Below, one piece after another: positions 37,301 through 52,101 of a stretch of 64,000 bases of DNA (its first letter is position 1; each line of letters opens with the position of its first letter). The translations under genes and the position numbers were made by a program. A model generated the notes under the pieces. That model was not told the DNA's origin. It was given only the letters and a program-made list of their open reading frames with translations, and made no database searches. The stretch comes from the human T2T-CHM13v2.0 reference genome, Homo sapiens. The DNA is taken from NCBI RefSeq assembly GCF_009914755.1, contig NC_060931.1, one strand, 5' to 3'.

Positions 37301-40300
37301 GTGGAACGTCCCTTTGCACAGAGCAGATTTGAAACACTCTTTTTGTGGAGTTTGCAAGTGGAGATTTCAAGCGATTTGATGCCAACAGTAGAAAAGGAAA
37401 TATCTTCAAATAAAAACTAGACAGAATCATTCTCAGAAACTACTTTGTGATGTGTGCCTTCAACTCACAGAGTTTAACCTTTCTTTTCTTAGAGCAGTTT
37501 AGAAACACTCTGCTTGTTATGTCTGCAAGTGGATATTTGGACCTCTTTGAGGCCTTCGTTGCAAACGGGGTTTCTTCCTTTCATGCTAGACTAAGAAGAG
37601 TTCTCAGTAACTTTTTTGTGTTGTGTGTATTCAACTCACAGAGTTGAACCTTGCTTTAGAGAGAGCAGATTTGAAACACTCTTGCTGTGGCATTTTCAGG
37701 TGGAGATTTCAAGCGATTTGAGGACAATTGCAGAAAAGGAAATATCTTCGTATAATAACCAGACAGAATCATTCTCAGAAAGTGCTTTGTGATGTGTGCG
37801 TTCAACTCACAGAGTTTAACCTTTCTTTTCATAGAGGAGTTTGGAAACACACTGTTTGTAAAGTCTGCAAGTGGATATATGGACCTGTTTGAGGCCTTCG
37901 TTGGAAACGGGATTTCTTCATTGAATGCTAGACGGAAGAATTCTCAGTAAATTCTTTGTGTTGTGTGCATTCAACTCACAGAGTGGAACGTCCCTTTAGA
38001 CAGAGCAGATTTGAAACACTCTTTTTGCGGAATTTGCAAGTGGAGATTTCTAGCCATTTGATGCCAACAGTAGAAAGGGAAATATCTTCAAATAAAAACC
38101 AGACAGAATCATTCTCAGAAAATTCTTTGTGATGTGTGCGTTCAACTCACATAGTTTAACCTTTCTTTTCATAGAGCAGTTTGGAAACACTCTGTTTGTA
38201 AAGTCTGCAAGTGGATATATGGACCGCATTGAGGCCTTCGTTGGAAACGGGATTTCTTCATTTCATGCTAGACAGAAGAATTCTCAGTAACTTCTTTGTG
38301 CTGTGTGTATTCAACTCACAGAGTGGAACGTCCCTTTGCACAGAGCAGATTTGAAACACTCTTTTTGTGGAGTTTGCAAGTGGAGATTTCAAGCGATTTG
38401 ATGCCAACAGTAGAAAAGGAAATATCTTCAAATAAAAACTAGACAGAATCATTCTCAGAAACTACTTTGTGATGTGTGCCTTCAACTCACAGAGTTTAAC
38501 CTTTCTTTTCTTAGAGCAGTTTAGAAACACTCTGCTTGTTATGTCTGCAAGTGGATATTTGGACCTCTTTGAGGCCTTCGTTGCAAACGGGGTTTCTTCC
38601 TTTCATGCTAGACTAAGAAGAGTTCTCAGTAACTTTTTTGTGTTGTGTGTATTCAACTCACAGAGTTGAACCTTGCTTTAGAGAGAGCAGATTTGAAACA
38701 CTCTTGCTGTGACATTTTCAGGTGGAGATTTCAAGCGATTTGAGGACAATTGCAGAAAAGGAAATATCTTCGTATAATAACCAGACAGAATCATTCTCAG
38801 AAAGTGCTTTGTGATGTGTGCGTTCAACTCACAGAGTTTAACCTTTCTTTTCATAGAGGAGTTTGGAAACACACTGTTTGTAAAGTCTGCAAGTGGATAT
38901 ATGGACCTGTTTGAGGCCTTCGTTGGAAACGGGATTTCTTCATTGAATGCTAGACGGAAGAATTCTCAGTAAATTCTTTGTGTTGTGTGCATTCAACTCA
39001 CAGAGTGGAACGTCCCTTTAGACAGAGCAGATTTGAAACACTCTTTTTGCGGAATTTGCAAGTGGAGATTTCTAGCCATTTGATGCCAACAGTAGAAAGG
39101 GAAATATCTTCAAATAAAAACCAGACAGAATCATTCTCAGCAAATTCTTTGTGATGTGTGCGTTCAACTCACATAGTTTAACCTTTCTTTTCATAGAGCA
39201 GTTTGGAAACACTCTGTTTGTAAAGTCTGCAAGTGGATATATGGACCGCATTGAGGCCTTCGTTGGAAACGGGATTTCTTCATTTCATGCTAGACAGAAG
39301 AATTCTCAGTAACTTCTTTGTGCTGTGTGTATTCAACTCACAGAGTGGAACGTCCCTTTGCACAGAGCAGATTTGAAACACTCTTTTTGTGGAGTTTGCA
39401 AGTGGAGATTTCAAGCGATTTGATGCCAACAGTAGAAAAGGAAATATCTTCAAATAAAAACTAGACAGAATCATTCTCAGAAACTACTTTGTGATGTGTG
39501 CCTTCAACTCCCAGAGTTCAACCTTTCTTTTCTTAGAGCAGTTTAGAAACACTCTGCTTGTTATGTCTGCAAGTGGATATTTGGACCTCTTTGAGGCCTT
39601 CGTTGCAAACGGGGTTTCTTCCTTTCATGCTAGACTAAGAAGAGTTCTCAGTAACTTTTTTGTGTTGTGTGTATTCAACTCACAGAGTTGAACCTTGCTT
39701 TAGAGAGAGCAGATTTGAAACACTCTTGCTGTGGCATTTTCAGGTGGAGATTTCAAGCGATTTGAGGACAATTGCAGAAAAGGAAATATCTTCGTATAAT
39801 AACCAGACAGAATCATTCTCAGAAAGTGCTTTGTGATGTGTGCGTTCAACTCACAGAGTTTAACCTTTCTTTTCATAGAGGAGTTTGGAAACACACTGTT
39901 TGTAAAGTCTGCAAGTGGATACATGGACCTGTTTGAGGCCTTCGTTGGAAACGGGATTTCTTCATTGAATGCTAGACGGAAGAATTCTCAGTAAATTCTT
40001 TGTGTTGTGTGCATTCAACTCACAGAGTGGAACGTCCCTTTAGACAGAGCAGATTTGAAACACTCTTTTTGCGGAATTTGCAAGTGGAGATTTCTAGCCA
40101 TTTGATGCCAACAGTAGAAAGGGAAATATCTTCAAATAAAAACCAGACAGAATCATTCTCAGAAAATTCTTTGTGATGTGTGCGTTCAACTCACATAGTT
40201 TAACCTTTCTTTTCATAGAGCAGTTTGGAAACACTCTGTTTGTAAAGTCTGCAAGTGGATATATGGACCGCATTGAGGCCTTCGTTGGAAACGGGATTTC

Positions 40301-43300
40301 TTCATTTCATGCTAGACAGAAGAATTCTCAGTAACTTCTTTGTGCTGTGTGTATTCAACTCACAGAGTGGAACGTCCCTTTGCACAGAGCAGATTTGAAA
40401 CACTCTTTTTGTGGAGTTTGCAAGTGGAGATTTCAAGCGATTTGATGCCAACAGTAGAAAAGGAAATATCTTCAAATAAAAACTAGACAGAATCATTCTC
40501 AGAAACTACTTTGTGATGTGTGCCTTCAACTCACAGAGTTTAACCTTTCTTTTCTTAGAGCAGTTTAGAAACACTCTGCTTGTTATGTCTGCAAGTGGAT
40601 ATTTGGACCTCTTTGAGGCCTTCGTTGCAAACGGGGTTTCTTCCTTTCATGCTAGACTAAGAAGAGTTCTCAGTAACTTTTTTGTGTTGTGTGTATTCAA
40701 CTCACAGAGTTGAACCTTGCTTTAGAGAGAGCAGATTTGAAACACTCTTGCTGTGGCATTTTCAGGTGGAGATTTCAAGCGATTTGAGGACAATTGCAGA
40801 AAAGGAAATATCTTCGTATAATAACCAGACAGAATCATTCTCAGAAAGTGCTTTGTGATGTGTGCGTTCAACTCACAGAGTTTAACCTTTCTTTTCATAG
40901 AGGAGTTTGGAAACACACTGTTTGTAAAGTCTGCAAGTGGATACATGGACCTGTTTGAGGCCTTCGTTGGAAACGGGATTTCTTCATTGAATGCTAGACG
41001 GAAGAATTCTCAGTAAATTCTTTGTGTTGTGTGCATTCAACTCACAGAGTGGAACGTCCCTTTAGACAGAGCAGATTTGAAACACTCTTTTTGCGGAATT
41101 TGCAAGTGGAGATTTCTAGCCATTTGATGCCAACAGTAGAAAGGGAAATATCTTCAAATAAAAACCAGACAGAATCATTCTCAGAAAATTCTTTGTGATG
41201 TGTGCGTTCAACTCACATAGTTTAACCTTTCTTTTCATAGAGCAGTTTGGAAACACTCTGTTTGTAAAGTCTGCAAGTGGATATATGGACCGCATTGAGG
41301 CCTTCGTTGGAAACGGGATTTCTTCATTTCATGCTAGACAGAAGAATTCTCAGTAACTTCTTTGTGCTGTGTGTATTCAACTCACAGAGTGGAACGTCCC
41401 TTTGCACAGAGCAGATTTGAAACACTCTTTTTGTGGAGTTTGCAAGTGGAGATTTCAAGCGATTTGATGCCAACAGTAGAAAAGGAAATATCTTCAAATA
41501 AAAACTAGACAGAATCATTCTCAGAAACTACTTTGTGATGTGTGCCTTCAACTCCCAGAGTTCAACCTTTCTTTTCTTAGAGCAGTTTAGAAACACTCTG
41601 CTTGTTATGTCTGCAAGTGGATATTTGGACCTCTTTGAGGCCTTCGTTGCAAACGGGGTTTCTTCCTTTCATGCTAGACTAAGAAGAGTTCTCAGTAACT
41701 TTTTTGTGTTGTGTGTATTCAACTCACAGAGTTGAACCTTGCTTTAGAGAGAGCAGATTTGAAACACTCTTGCTGTGGCATTTTCAGGTGGAGATTTCAA
41801 GCGATTTGAGGACAATTGCAGAAAAGGAAATATCTTCGTATAATAACCAGACAGAATCATTCTCAGAAAGTGCTTTGTGATGTGTGCGTTCAACTCACAG
41901 AGTTTAACCTTTCTTTTCATAGAGGAGTTTGGAAACACACTGTTTGTAAAGTCTGCAAGTGGATACATGGACCTGTTTGAGGCCTTCGTTGGAAACGGGA
42001 TTTCTTCATTGAATGCTAGACGGAAGAATTCTCAGTAAATTCTTTGTGTTGTGTGCATTCAACTCACAGAGTGGAACGTCCCTTTAGACAGAGCAGATTT
42101 GAAACACTCTTTTTGCGGAATTTGCAAGTGGAGATTTCTAGCCATTTGATGCCAACAGTAGAAAGGGAAATATCTTCAAATAAAAACCAGACAGAATCAT
42201 TCTCAGAAAATTCTTTGTGATGTGTGCGTTCAACTCACATAGTTTAACCTTTCTTTTCATAGAGCAGTTTGGAAACACTCTGTTTGTAAAGTCTGCAAGT
42301 GGATATATGGACCGCATTGAGGCCTTCGTTGGAAACGGGATTTCTTCATTTCATGCTAGACAGAAGAATTCTCAGTAACTTCTTTGTGCTGTGTGTATTC
42401 AACTCACAGAGTGGAACGTCCCTTTGCACAGAGCAGATTTGAAACACTCTTTTTGTGGAGTTTGCAAGTGGAGATTTCAAGCGATTTGATGCCAACAGTA
42501 GAAAAGGAAATATCTTCAAATAAAAACTAGACAGAATCATTCTCAGAAACTACTTTGTGATGTGTGCCTTCAACTCACAGAGTTTAACCTTTCTTTTCTT
42601 AGAGCAGTTTAGAAACACTCTGCTTGTTATGTCTGCAAGTGGATATTTGGACCTCTTTGAGGCCTTCGTTGCAAACGGGGTTTCTTCCTTTCATGCTAGA
42701 CTAAGAAGAGTTCTCAGTAACTTTTTTGTGTTGTGTGTATTCAACTCACAGAGTTGAACCTTGCTTTAGAGAGAGCAGATTTGAAACACTCTTGCTGTGG
42801 CATTTTCAGGTGGAGATTTCAAGCGATTTGAGGACAATTGCAGAAAAGGAAATATCTTCGTATAATAACCAGACAGAATCATTCTCAGAAAGTGCTTTGT
42901 GATGTGTGCGTTCAACTCACAGAGTTTAACCTTTCTTTTCATAGAGGAGTTTGGAAACACACTGTTTGTAAAGTCTGCAAGTGGATATATGGACCTGTTT
43001 GAGGCCTTCGTTGGAAACGGGATTTCTTCATTGAATGCTAGACGGAAGAATTCTCAGTAAATTCTTTGTGTTGTGTGCATTCAACTCACAGAGTGGAACG
43101 TCCCTTTAGACAGAGCAGATTTGAAACACTCTTTTTGCGGAATTTGCAAGTGGAGATTTCTAGCCATTTGATGCCAACAGTAGAAAGGGAAATATCTTCA
43201 AATAAAAACCAGACAGAATCATTCTCAGAAAATTCTTTGTGATGTGTGCGTTCAACTCACATAGTTTAACCTTTCTTTTCATAGAGCAGTTTGGAAACAC

Positions 43301-45622
43301 TCTGTTTGTAAAGTCTGCAAGTGGATATATGGACCGCATTGAGGCCTTCGTTGGAAACGGGATTTCTTCATTTCATGCTAGACAGAAGAATTCTCAGTAA
43401 CTTCTTTGTGCTGTGTGTATTCAACTCACAGAGTGGAACGTCCCTTTGCACAGAGCAGATTTGAAACACTCTTTTTGTGGAGTTTGCAAGTGGAGATTTC
43501 AAGCGATTTGATGCCAACAGTAGAAAAGGAAATATCTTCAAATAAAAACTAGACAGAATCATTCTCAGAAACTACTTTGTGATGTGTGCCTTCAACTCCC
43601 AGAGTTCAACCTTTCTTTTCTTAGAGCAGTTTAGAAACACTCTGCTTGTTATGTCTGCAAGTGGATATTTGGACCTCTTTGAGGCCTTCGTTGCAAACGG
43701 GGTTTCTTCCTTTCATGCTAGACTAAGAAGAGTTCTCAGTAACTTTTTTGTGTTGTGTGTATTCAACTCACAGAGTTGAACCTTGCTTTAGAGAGAGCAG
43801 ATTTGAAACACTCTTGCTGTGGCATTTTCAGGTGGAGATTTCAAGCGATTTGAGGACAATTGCAGAAAAGGAAATATCTTCGTATAATAACCAGACAGAA
43901 TCATTCTCAGAAAGTGCTTTGTGATGTGTGCGTTCAACTCACAGAGTTTAACCTTTCTTTTCATAGAGGAGTTTGGAAACACACTGTTTGTAAAGTCTGC
44001 AAGTGGATACATGGACCTGTTTGAGGCCTTCGTTGGAAACGGGATTTCTTCATTGAATGCTAGACGGAAGAATTCTCAGTAAATTCTTTGTGTTGTGTGC
44101 ATTCAACTCACAGAGTGGAACGTCCCTTTAGACAGAGCAGATTTGAAACACTCTTTTTGCGGAATTTGCAAGTGGAGATTTCTAGCCATTTGATGCCAAC
44201 AGTAGAAAGGGAAATATCTTCAAATAAAAACCAGACAGAATCATTCTCAGAAAATTCTTTGTGATGTGTGCGTTCAACTCACATAGTTTAACCTTTCTTT
44301 TCATAGAGCAGTTTGGAAACACTCTGTTTGTAAAGTCTGCAAGTGGATATATGGACCGCATTGAGGCCTTCGTTGGAAACGGGATTTCTTCATTTCATGC
44401 TAGACAGAAGAATTCTCAGTAACTTCTTTGTGCTGTGTGTATTCAACTCACAGAGTGGAACGTCCCTTTGCACAGAGCAGATTTGAAACACTCTTTTTGT
44501 GGAGTTTGCAAGTGGAGATTTCAAGCGATTTGATGCCAACAGTAGAAAAGGAAATATCTTCAAATAAAAACTAGACAGAATCATTCTCAGAAACTACTTT
44601 GTGATGTGTGCCTTCAACTCACAGAGTTTAACCTTTCTTTTCTTAGAGCAGTTTAGAAACACTCTGCTTGTTATGTCTGCAAGTGGATATTTGGACCTCT
44701 TTGAGGCCTTCGTTGCAAACGGGGTTTCTTCCTTTCATGCTAGACTAAGAAGAGTTCTCAGTAACTTTTTTGTGTTGTGTGTATTCAACTCACAGAGTTG
44801 AACCTTGCTTTAGAGAGAGCAGATTTGAAACACTCTTGCTGTGGCATTTTCAGGTGGAGATTTCAAGCGATTTGAGGACAATTGCAGAAAAGGAAATATC
44901 TTCGTATAATAACCAGACAGAATCATTCTCAGAAAGTGCTTTGTGATGTGTGCGTTCAACTCACAGAGTTTAACCTTTCTTTTCATAGAGGAGTTTGGAA
45001 ACACACTGTTTGTAAAGTCTGCAAGTGGATATATGGACCTGTTTGAGGCCTTCGTTGGAAACGGGATTTCTTCATTGAATGCTAGACGGAAGAATTCTCA
45101 GTAAATTCTTTGTGTTGTGTGCATTCAACTCACAGAGTGGAACGTCCCTTTAGACAGAGCAGATTTGAAACACTCTTTTTGCGGAATTTGCAAGTGGAGA
45201 TTTCTAGCCATTTGATGCCAACAGTAGAAAGGGAAATATCTTCAAATAAAAACCAGACAGAATCATTCTCAGAAAATTCTTTGTGATGTGTGCGTTCAAC
45301 TCACATAGTTTAACCTTTCTTTTCATAGAGCAGTTTGGAAACACTCTGTTTGTAAAGTCTGCAAGTGGATATATGGACCGCATTGAGGCCTTCGTTGGAA
45401 ACGGGATTTCTTCATTTCATGCTAGACAGAAGAATTCTCAGTAACTTCTTTGTGCTGTGTGTATTCAACTCACAGAGTGGAACGTCCCTTTACACAGAGC
45501 AGATTTGAAACACTCTTTTTGTGGAGTTTGCAAGTGGAGATTTCAAGCGATTTGATGCCAACAGTAGAAAAGGAAATATCTTCAAATAAAAACTAGACAG
45601 AATCATTCTCAGAAACTACTTT
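31315..45622 (+). repeat. Run of 14 consecutive canonical 1022-bp HORs with no structural variant
   Basis: All C-to-C spacings from 31315 to 45623 are 1022 bp. Confidence 0.93.
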
Positions 45623-46656
45623 GTGATGTGTGCCTTCAACTCACAGAGTTTAACCTTTCTTTTCTTAGAGCAGTTTAGAAACACTCTGCTTGTTATGTCT
45701 GCAAGTGGATATTTGGACCTCTTTGAGGCCTTCGTTGCAAACGGGGTTTCTTCCTTTCATGCTAGACTAAGAAGAGTTCTCAGTAACTTTTTTGTGTTGT
45801 GTGTATTCAACTCACAGAGTTGAACCTTGCTTTAGAGAGAGCAGATTTGAAACACTCTTGCTGTGGCATTTTCAGGTGGAGATTTCAAGCGATTTGAGGA
45901 CAATTGCAGAAAAGGAAATATCTTCGTATAATAACCAGACAGAATCATTCTCAGAAAGTGCTTTGTGATGTGTGCGTTCAACTCACAGAGTTTAACCTTT
46001 CTTTTCATAGAGGAGTTTGGAAACACACTGTTTGTAAAGTCTGCAAGTGGATATATGGACCTGTTTGAGGCCTTCGTTGGAAACGGGATTTCTTCATTGA
46101 ATGCTAGACGGAAGAATTCTCAGTAAATTCTTTGTGTTGTGTGCATTCAACTCACAGAGTGGAACGTCCCTTTAGACAGAGCAGATTTGAAACACTCTTT
46201 TTGCGGAATTTGCAAGTGGAGATTTCTAGCCATTTGATGCCAACAGTAGAAAGGGAAATATCTTCAAATAAAAACCAGACAGAATCATTCTCAGAAAATT
46301 CTTTGTGATGTGTGCGTTCAACTCACATAGTTTAACCTTTCTTTTCATAGAGCAGTTTGGAAACACTCTGTTTGTAAAGTCTGCAAGTGGATATATGGAC
46401 CGCATTGAGGCCTTCGTTGGAAACGGGATTTCTTCATTTCATGCTAGACAGAAGAATTCTCAGTAACTTCTTTGTGCTGTGTGTATTCAACTCACAGAGT
46501 GGAACGTCCCTTTACACAGAGCAGATTTGAAACACTCTTTTTGTGGAGTTTGCAAGTGGAGATTTCAAGCGATTTGATGCCAACAGTAGAAAAGGAAATA
46601 TCTTCAAATAAAAACTAGACAGAATCATTCTCAGAAACTACTTTGTGATGTGTGCC

Positions 46657-47336
46657 TTCAACTCACAGAGTTTAACCTTTCTTTTCATAGAGGAGTTTGG
46701 AAACACACTGTTTGTAAAGTCTGCAAGTGGATATATGGACCTGTTTGAGGCCTTCGTTGGAAACGGGATTTCTTCATTGAATGCTAGACGGAAGAATTCT
46801 CAGTAAATTCTTTGTGTTGTGTGCATTCAACTCACAGAGTGGAACGTCCCTTTAGACAGAGCAGATTTGAAACACTCTTTTTGCGGAATTTGCAAGTGGA
46901 GATTTCTAGCCATTTGATGCCAACAGTAGAAAGGGAAATATCTTCAAATAAAAACCAGACAGAATCATTCTCAGAAAATTCTTTGTGATGTGTGCGTTCA
47001 ACTCACATAGTTTAACCTTTCTTTTCATAGAGCAGTTTGGAAACACTCTGTTTGTAAAGTCTGCAAGTGGATATATGGACCGCATTGAGGCCTTCGTTGG
47101 AAACGGGATTTCTTCATTTCATGCTAGACAGAAGAATTCTCAGTAACTTCTTTGTGCTGTGTGTATTCAACTCACAGAGTGGAACGTCCCTTTACACAGA
47201 GCAGATTTGAAACACTCTTTTTGTGGAGTTTGCAAGTGGAGATTTCAAGCGATTTGATGCCAACAGTAGAAAAGGAAATATCTTCAAATAAAAACTAGAC
47301 AGAATCATTCTCAGAAACTACTTTGTGATGTGTGCC
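46657..47336 (+). repeat. 680-bp 4-mer HOR variant
   Basis: Same hybrid junction; C spacing 45623 to 47325 = 1702. Confidence 0.93.
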
Positions 47337-50300
47337 TTCAACTCACAGAGTTTAACCTTTCTTTTCTTAGAGCAGTTTAGAAACACTCTGCTTGTTATGA
47401 CTGCAAGTGGATATTTGGACCTCTTTGAGGCCTTCGTTGCAAACGGGGTTTCTTCCTTTCATGCTAGACTAAGAAGAGTTCTCAGTAACTTTTTTGTGTT
47501 GTGTGTATTCAACTCACAGAGTTGAACCTTGCTTTAGAGAGAGCAGATTTGAAACACTCTTGCTGTGGCATTTTCAGGTGGAGATTTCAAGCGATTTGAG
47601 GACAATTGCAGAAAAGGAAATATCTTCGTATAATAACCAGACAGAATCATTCTCAGAAAGTGCTTTGTGATGTGTGCGTTCAACTCACAGAGTTTAACCT
47701 TTCTTTTCATAGAGGAGTTTGGAAACACACTGTTTGTAAGGACTGCAAGTGGATATATGGACCTGTTTGAGGCCTTCGTTGGAAACGGGATTTCTTCATT
47801 GAATGCTAGACGGAAGAATTCTCAGTAAATTCTTTGTGTTGTGTGCATTCAACTCACAGAGTGGAACGTCCCTTTAGACAGAGCAGATTTGAAACACTCT
47901 TTTTGCGGAATTTGCAAGTGGAGATTTCTAGCCATTTGATGCCAACAGTAGAAAGGGAAATATCTTCAAATAAAAACCAGACAGAATCATTCTCAGAAAA
48001 TTCTTTGTGATGTGTGCGTTCAACTCACATAGTTTAACCTTTCTTTTCATAGAGCAGTTTGGAAACACTCTGTTTGTAAAGTCTGCAAGTGGATATATGG
48101 ACCGCATTGAGGCCTTCGTTGGAAACGGGATTTCTTCATTTCATGCTAGACAGAAGAATTCTCAGTAACTTCTTTGTGCTGTGTGTATTCAACTCACAGA
48201 GTGCAACGTCCCTTTGCACAGAGCAGATTTGAAACACTCTTTTTGTGGAGTTTGCAAGTGGAGATTTCAAGCGATTTGATGCCAACAGTAGAAAAGGAAA
48301 TATCTTCAAATAAAAACTAGACAGAATCATTCTCAGAAACTACTTTGTGATGTGTGCCTTCAACTCACAGAGTTTAACCTTTCTTTTCTTAGAGCAGTTT
48401 AGAAACACTCTGCTTGTTATGACTGCAAGTGGATATTTGGACCTCTTTGAGGCCTTCGTTGCAAACGGGGTTTCTTCCTTTCATGCTAGACTAAGAAGAG
48501 TTCTCAGTAACTTTTTTGTGTTGTGTGTATTCAACTCACAGAGTTGAACCTTGCTTTAGAGAGAGCAGATTTGAAACACTCTTGCTGTGGCATTTTCAGG
48601 TGGAGATTTCAAGCGATTTGAGGACAATTGCAGAAAAGGAAATATCTTCGTATAATAACCAGACAGAATCATTCTCAGAAAGTGCTTTGTGATGTGTGCG
48701 TTCAACTCACAGAGTTTAACCTTTCTTTTCATAGAGGAGTTTGGAAACACACTGTTTGTAAAGTCTGCAAGTGGATATATGGACCTGTTTGAGGCCTTCG
48801 TTGGAAACGGGATTTCTTCATTGAATGCTAGACGGAAGAATTCTCAGTAAATTCTTTGTGTTGTGTGCATTCAACTCACAGAGTGGAACGTCCCTTTAGA
48901 CAGAGCAGATTTGAAACACTCTTTTTGCGGAATTTGCAAGTGGAGATTTCTAGCCATTTGATGCCAACAGTAGAAAGGGAAATATCTTCAAATAAAAACC
49001 AGACAGAATCATTCTCAGCAAATTCTTTGTGATGTGTGCGTTCAACTCACATAGTTTAACCTTTCTTTTCATAGAGCAGTTTGGAAACACTCTGTTTGTA
49101 AAGTCTGTAAGTGGATATATGGACCGCATTGAGGCCTTCGTTGGAAACGGGATTTCTTCATTTCATGCTAGACAGAAGAATTCTCAGTAACTTCTTTGTG
49201 CTGTGTGTATTCAACTCACAGAGTGGAACGTCCCTTTACACAGAGCAGATTTGAAACACTCTTTTTGTGGAGTTTGCAAGTGGAGATTTCAAGCGATTTG
49301 ATGCCAACAGTAGAAAAGGAAATATCTTCAAATAAAAACTAGACAGAATCATTCTCAGAAACTACTTTGTGATGTGTGCCTTCAACTCACAGAGTTTAAC
49401 CTTTCTTTTCTTAGAGCAGTTTAGAAACACTCTGCTTGTTATGTCTGCAAGTGGATATTTGGACCTCTTTGAGGCCTTCGTTGCAAACGGGGTTTCTTCC
49501 TTTCATGCTAGACTAAGAAGAGTTCTCAGTAACTTTTTTGTGTTGTGTGTATTCAACTCACAGAGTTGAACCTTGCTTTAGAGAGAGCAGATTTGAAACA
49601 CTCTTGCTGTGGCATTTTCAGGTGGAGATTTCAAGCGATTTGAGGACAATTGCAGAAAAGGAAATATCTTCGTATAATAACCAGACAGAATCATTCTCAG
49701 AAAGTGCTTTGTGATGTGTGCGTTCAACTCACAGAGTTTAACCTTTCTTTTCATAGAGGAGTTTGGAAACACACTGTTTGTAAAGTCTGCAAGTGGATAT
49801 ATGGACCTGTTTGAGGCCTTCGTTGGAAACGGGATTTCTTCATTGAATGCTAGACGGAAGAATTCTCAGTAAATTCTTTGTGTTGTGTGCATTCAACTCA
49901 CAGAGTGGAACGTCCCTTTAGACAGAGCAGATTTGAAACACTCTTTTTGCGGAATTTGCAAGTGGAGATTTCTAGCCATTTGATGCCAACAGTAGAAAGG
50001 GAAATATCTTCAAATAAAAACCAGACAGAATCATTCTCAGAAAATTCTTTGTGATGTGTGCGTTCAACTCACATAGTTTAACCTTTCTTTTCATAGAGCA
50101 GTTTGGAAACACTCTGTTTGTAAAGTCTGCAAGTGGATATATGGACCGCATTGAGGCCTTCGTTGGAAACGGGATTTCTTCATTTCATGCTAGACAGAAG
50201 AATTCTCAGTAACTTCTTTGTGCTGTGTGTATTCAACTCACAGAGTGGAACGTCCCTTTACACAGAGCAGATTTGAAACACTCTTTTTGTGGAGTTTGCA

Positions 50301-50402
50301 AGTGGAGATTTCAAGCGATTTGATGCCAACAGTAGAAAAGGAAATATCTTCAAATAAAAACTAGACAGAATCATTCTCAGAAACTACTTTGTGATGTGTG
50401 CC

Positions 50403-52101
50403 TTCAACTCACAGAGTTTAACCTTTCTTTTCATAGAGGAGTTTGGAAACACACTGTTTGTAAAGTCTGCAAGTGGATATATGGACCTGTTTGAGGCCTT
50501 CGTTGGAAACGGGATTTCTTCATTGAATGCTAGACGGAAGAATTCTCAGTAAATTCTTTGTGTTGTGTGCATTCAACTCACAGAGTGGAACGTCCCTTTA
50601 GACAGAGCAGATTTGAAACACTCTTTTTGCGGAATTTGCAAGTGGAGATTTCTAGCCATTTGATGCCAACAGTAGAAAGGGAAATATCTTCAAATAAAAA
50701 CCAGACAGAATCATTCTCAGAAAATTCTTTGTGATGTGTGCGTTCAACTCACATAGTTTAACCTTTCTTTTCATAGAGCAGTTTGGAAACACTCTGTTTG
50801 TAAAGTCTGCAAGTGGATATATGGACCGCATTGAGGCCTTCGTTGGAAACGGGATTTCTTCATTTCATGCTAGACAGAAGAATTCTCAGTAACTTCTTTG
50901 TGCTGTGTGTATTCAACTCACAGAGTGGAACGTCGCTTTGCACAGAGCAGATTTGAAACACTCTTTTTGTGGAGTTTGCAAGGGAGATTTCAAGCGATTT
51001 GATGCCAACAGTAGAAAAGGAAATATCTTCAAATAAAAACCAGACAGAATCATTCTCAGAAAATTCTTTGTGATGTGTGCGTTCAACTCACATAGTTTAA
51101 CCTTTCTTTTCATAGAGCAGTTTGGAAACACTCTGTTTGTAAAGTCTGCAAGTGGATATATGGACCGCATTGAGGCCTTCGTTGGAAACGGGATTTCTTC
51201 ATTTCATGCTAGACAGAAGAATTCTCAGTAACTTCTTTGTGCTGTGTGTATTCAACTCACAGAGTGGAACGTCCCTTTACACAGAGCAGATTTGAAACAC
51301 TCTTTTTGTGGAGTTTGCAAGTGGAGATTTCAAGCGATTTGATGCCAACAGTAGAAAAGGAAATATCTTCAAATAAAAACTAGACAGAATCATTCTCAGA
51401 AACTACTTTGTGATGTGTGCCTTCAACTCACAGAGTTTAACCTTTCTTTTCATAGAGGAGTTTGGAAACACACTGTTTGTAAAGTCTGCAAGTGGATATA
51501 TGGACCTGTTTGAGGCCTTCGTTGGAAACGGGATTTCTTCATTGAATGCTAGACGGAAGAATTCTCAGTAAATTCTTTGTGTTGTGTGCATTCAACTCAC
51601 AGAGTGGAACGTCCCTTTAGACAGAGCAGATTTGAAACACTCTTTTTGCGGAATTTGCAAGTGGAGATTTCTAGCCATTTGATGCCAACAGTAGAAAGGG
51701 AAATATCTTCAAATAAAAACCAGACAGAATCATTCTCAGAAAATTCTTTGTGATGTGTGCGTTCAACTCACATAGTTTAACCTTTCTTTTCATAGAGCAG
51801 TTTGGAAACACTCTGTTTGTAAAGTCTGCAAGTGGATATATGGACCGCATTGAGGCCTTCGTTGGAAACGGGATTTCTTCATTTCATGCTAGACAGAAGA
51901 ATTCTCAGTAACTTCTTTGTGCTGTGTGTATTCAACTCACAGAGTGGAACGTCCCTTTACACAGAGCAGATTTGAAACACTCTTTTTGTGGAGTTTGCAA
52001 GTGGAGATTTCAAGCGATTTGATGCCAACAGTAGAAAAGGAAATATCTTCAAATAAAAACTAGACAGAATCATTCTCAGAAACTACTTTGTGATGTGTGC
52101 C
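50403..52101 (+). repeat. Complex C-less variant A-B*-B-A-B (1699 bp), copy 1
   Basis: C spacing 49369 to 52090 = 2721. C/A junctions lie at 50403 and 51422, a B/A junction at 51019-51040, and a 1-bp deletion after 50982. Confidence 0.9.

Noticed and set aside
50913-51170. Distinct 85-aa ORF (also at 60446-60703)
   Set aside because: It is created by the 1-bp deletion and the B/A hybrid junction fusing satellite frames, with no evidence of coding function.
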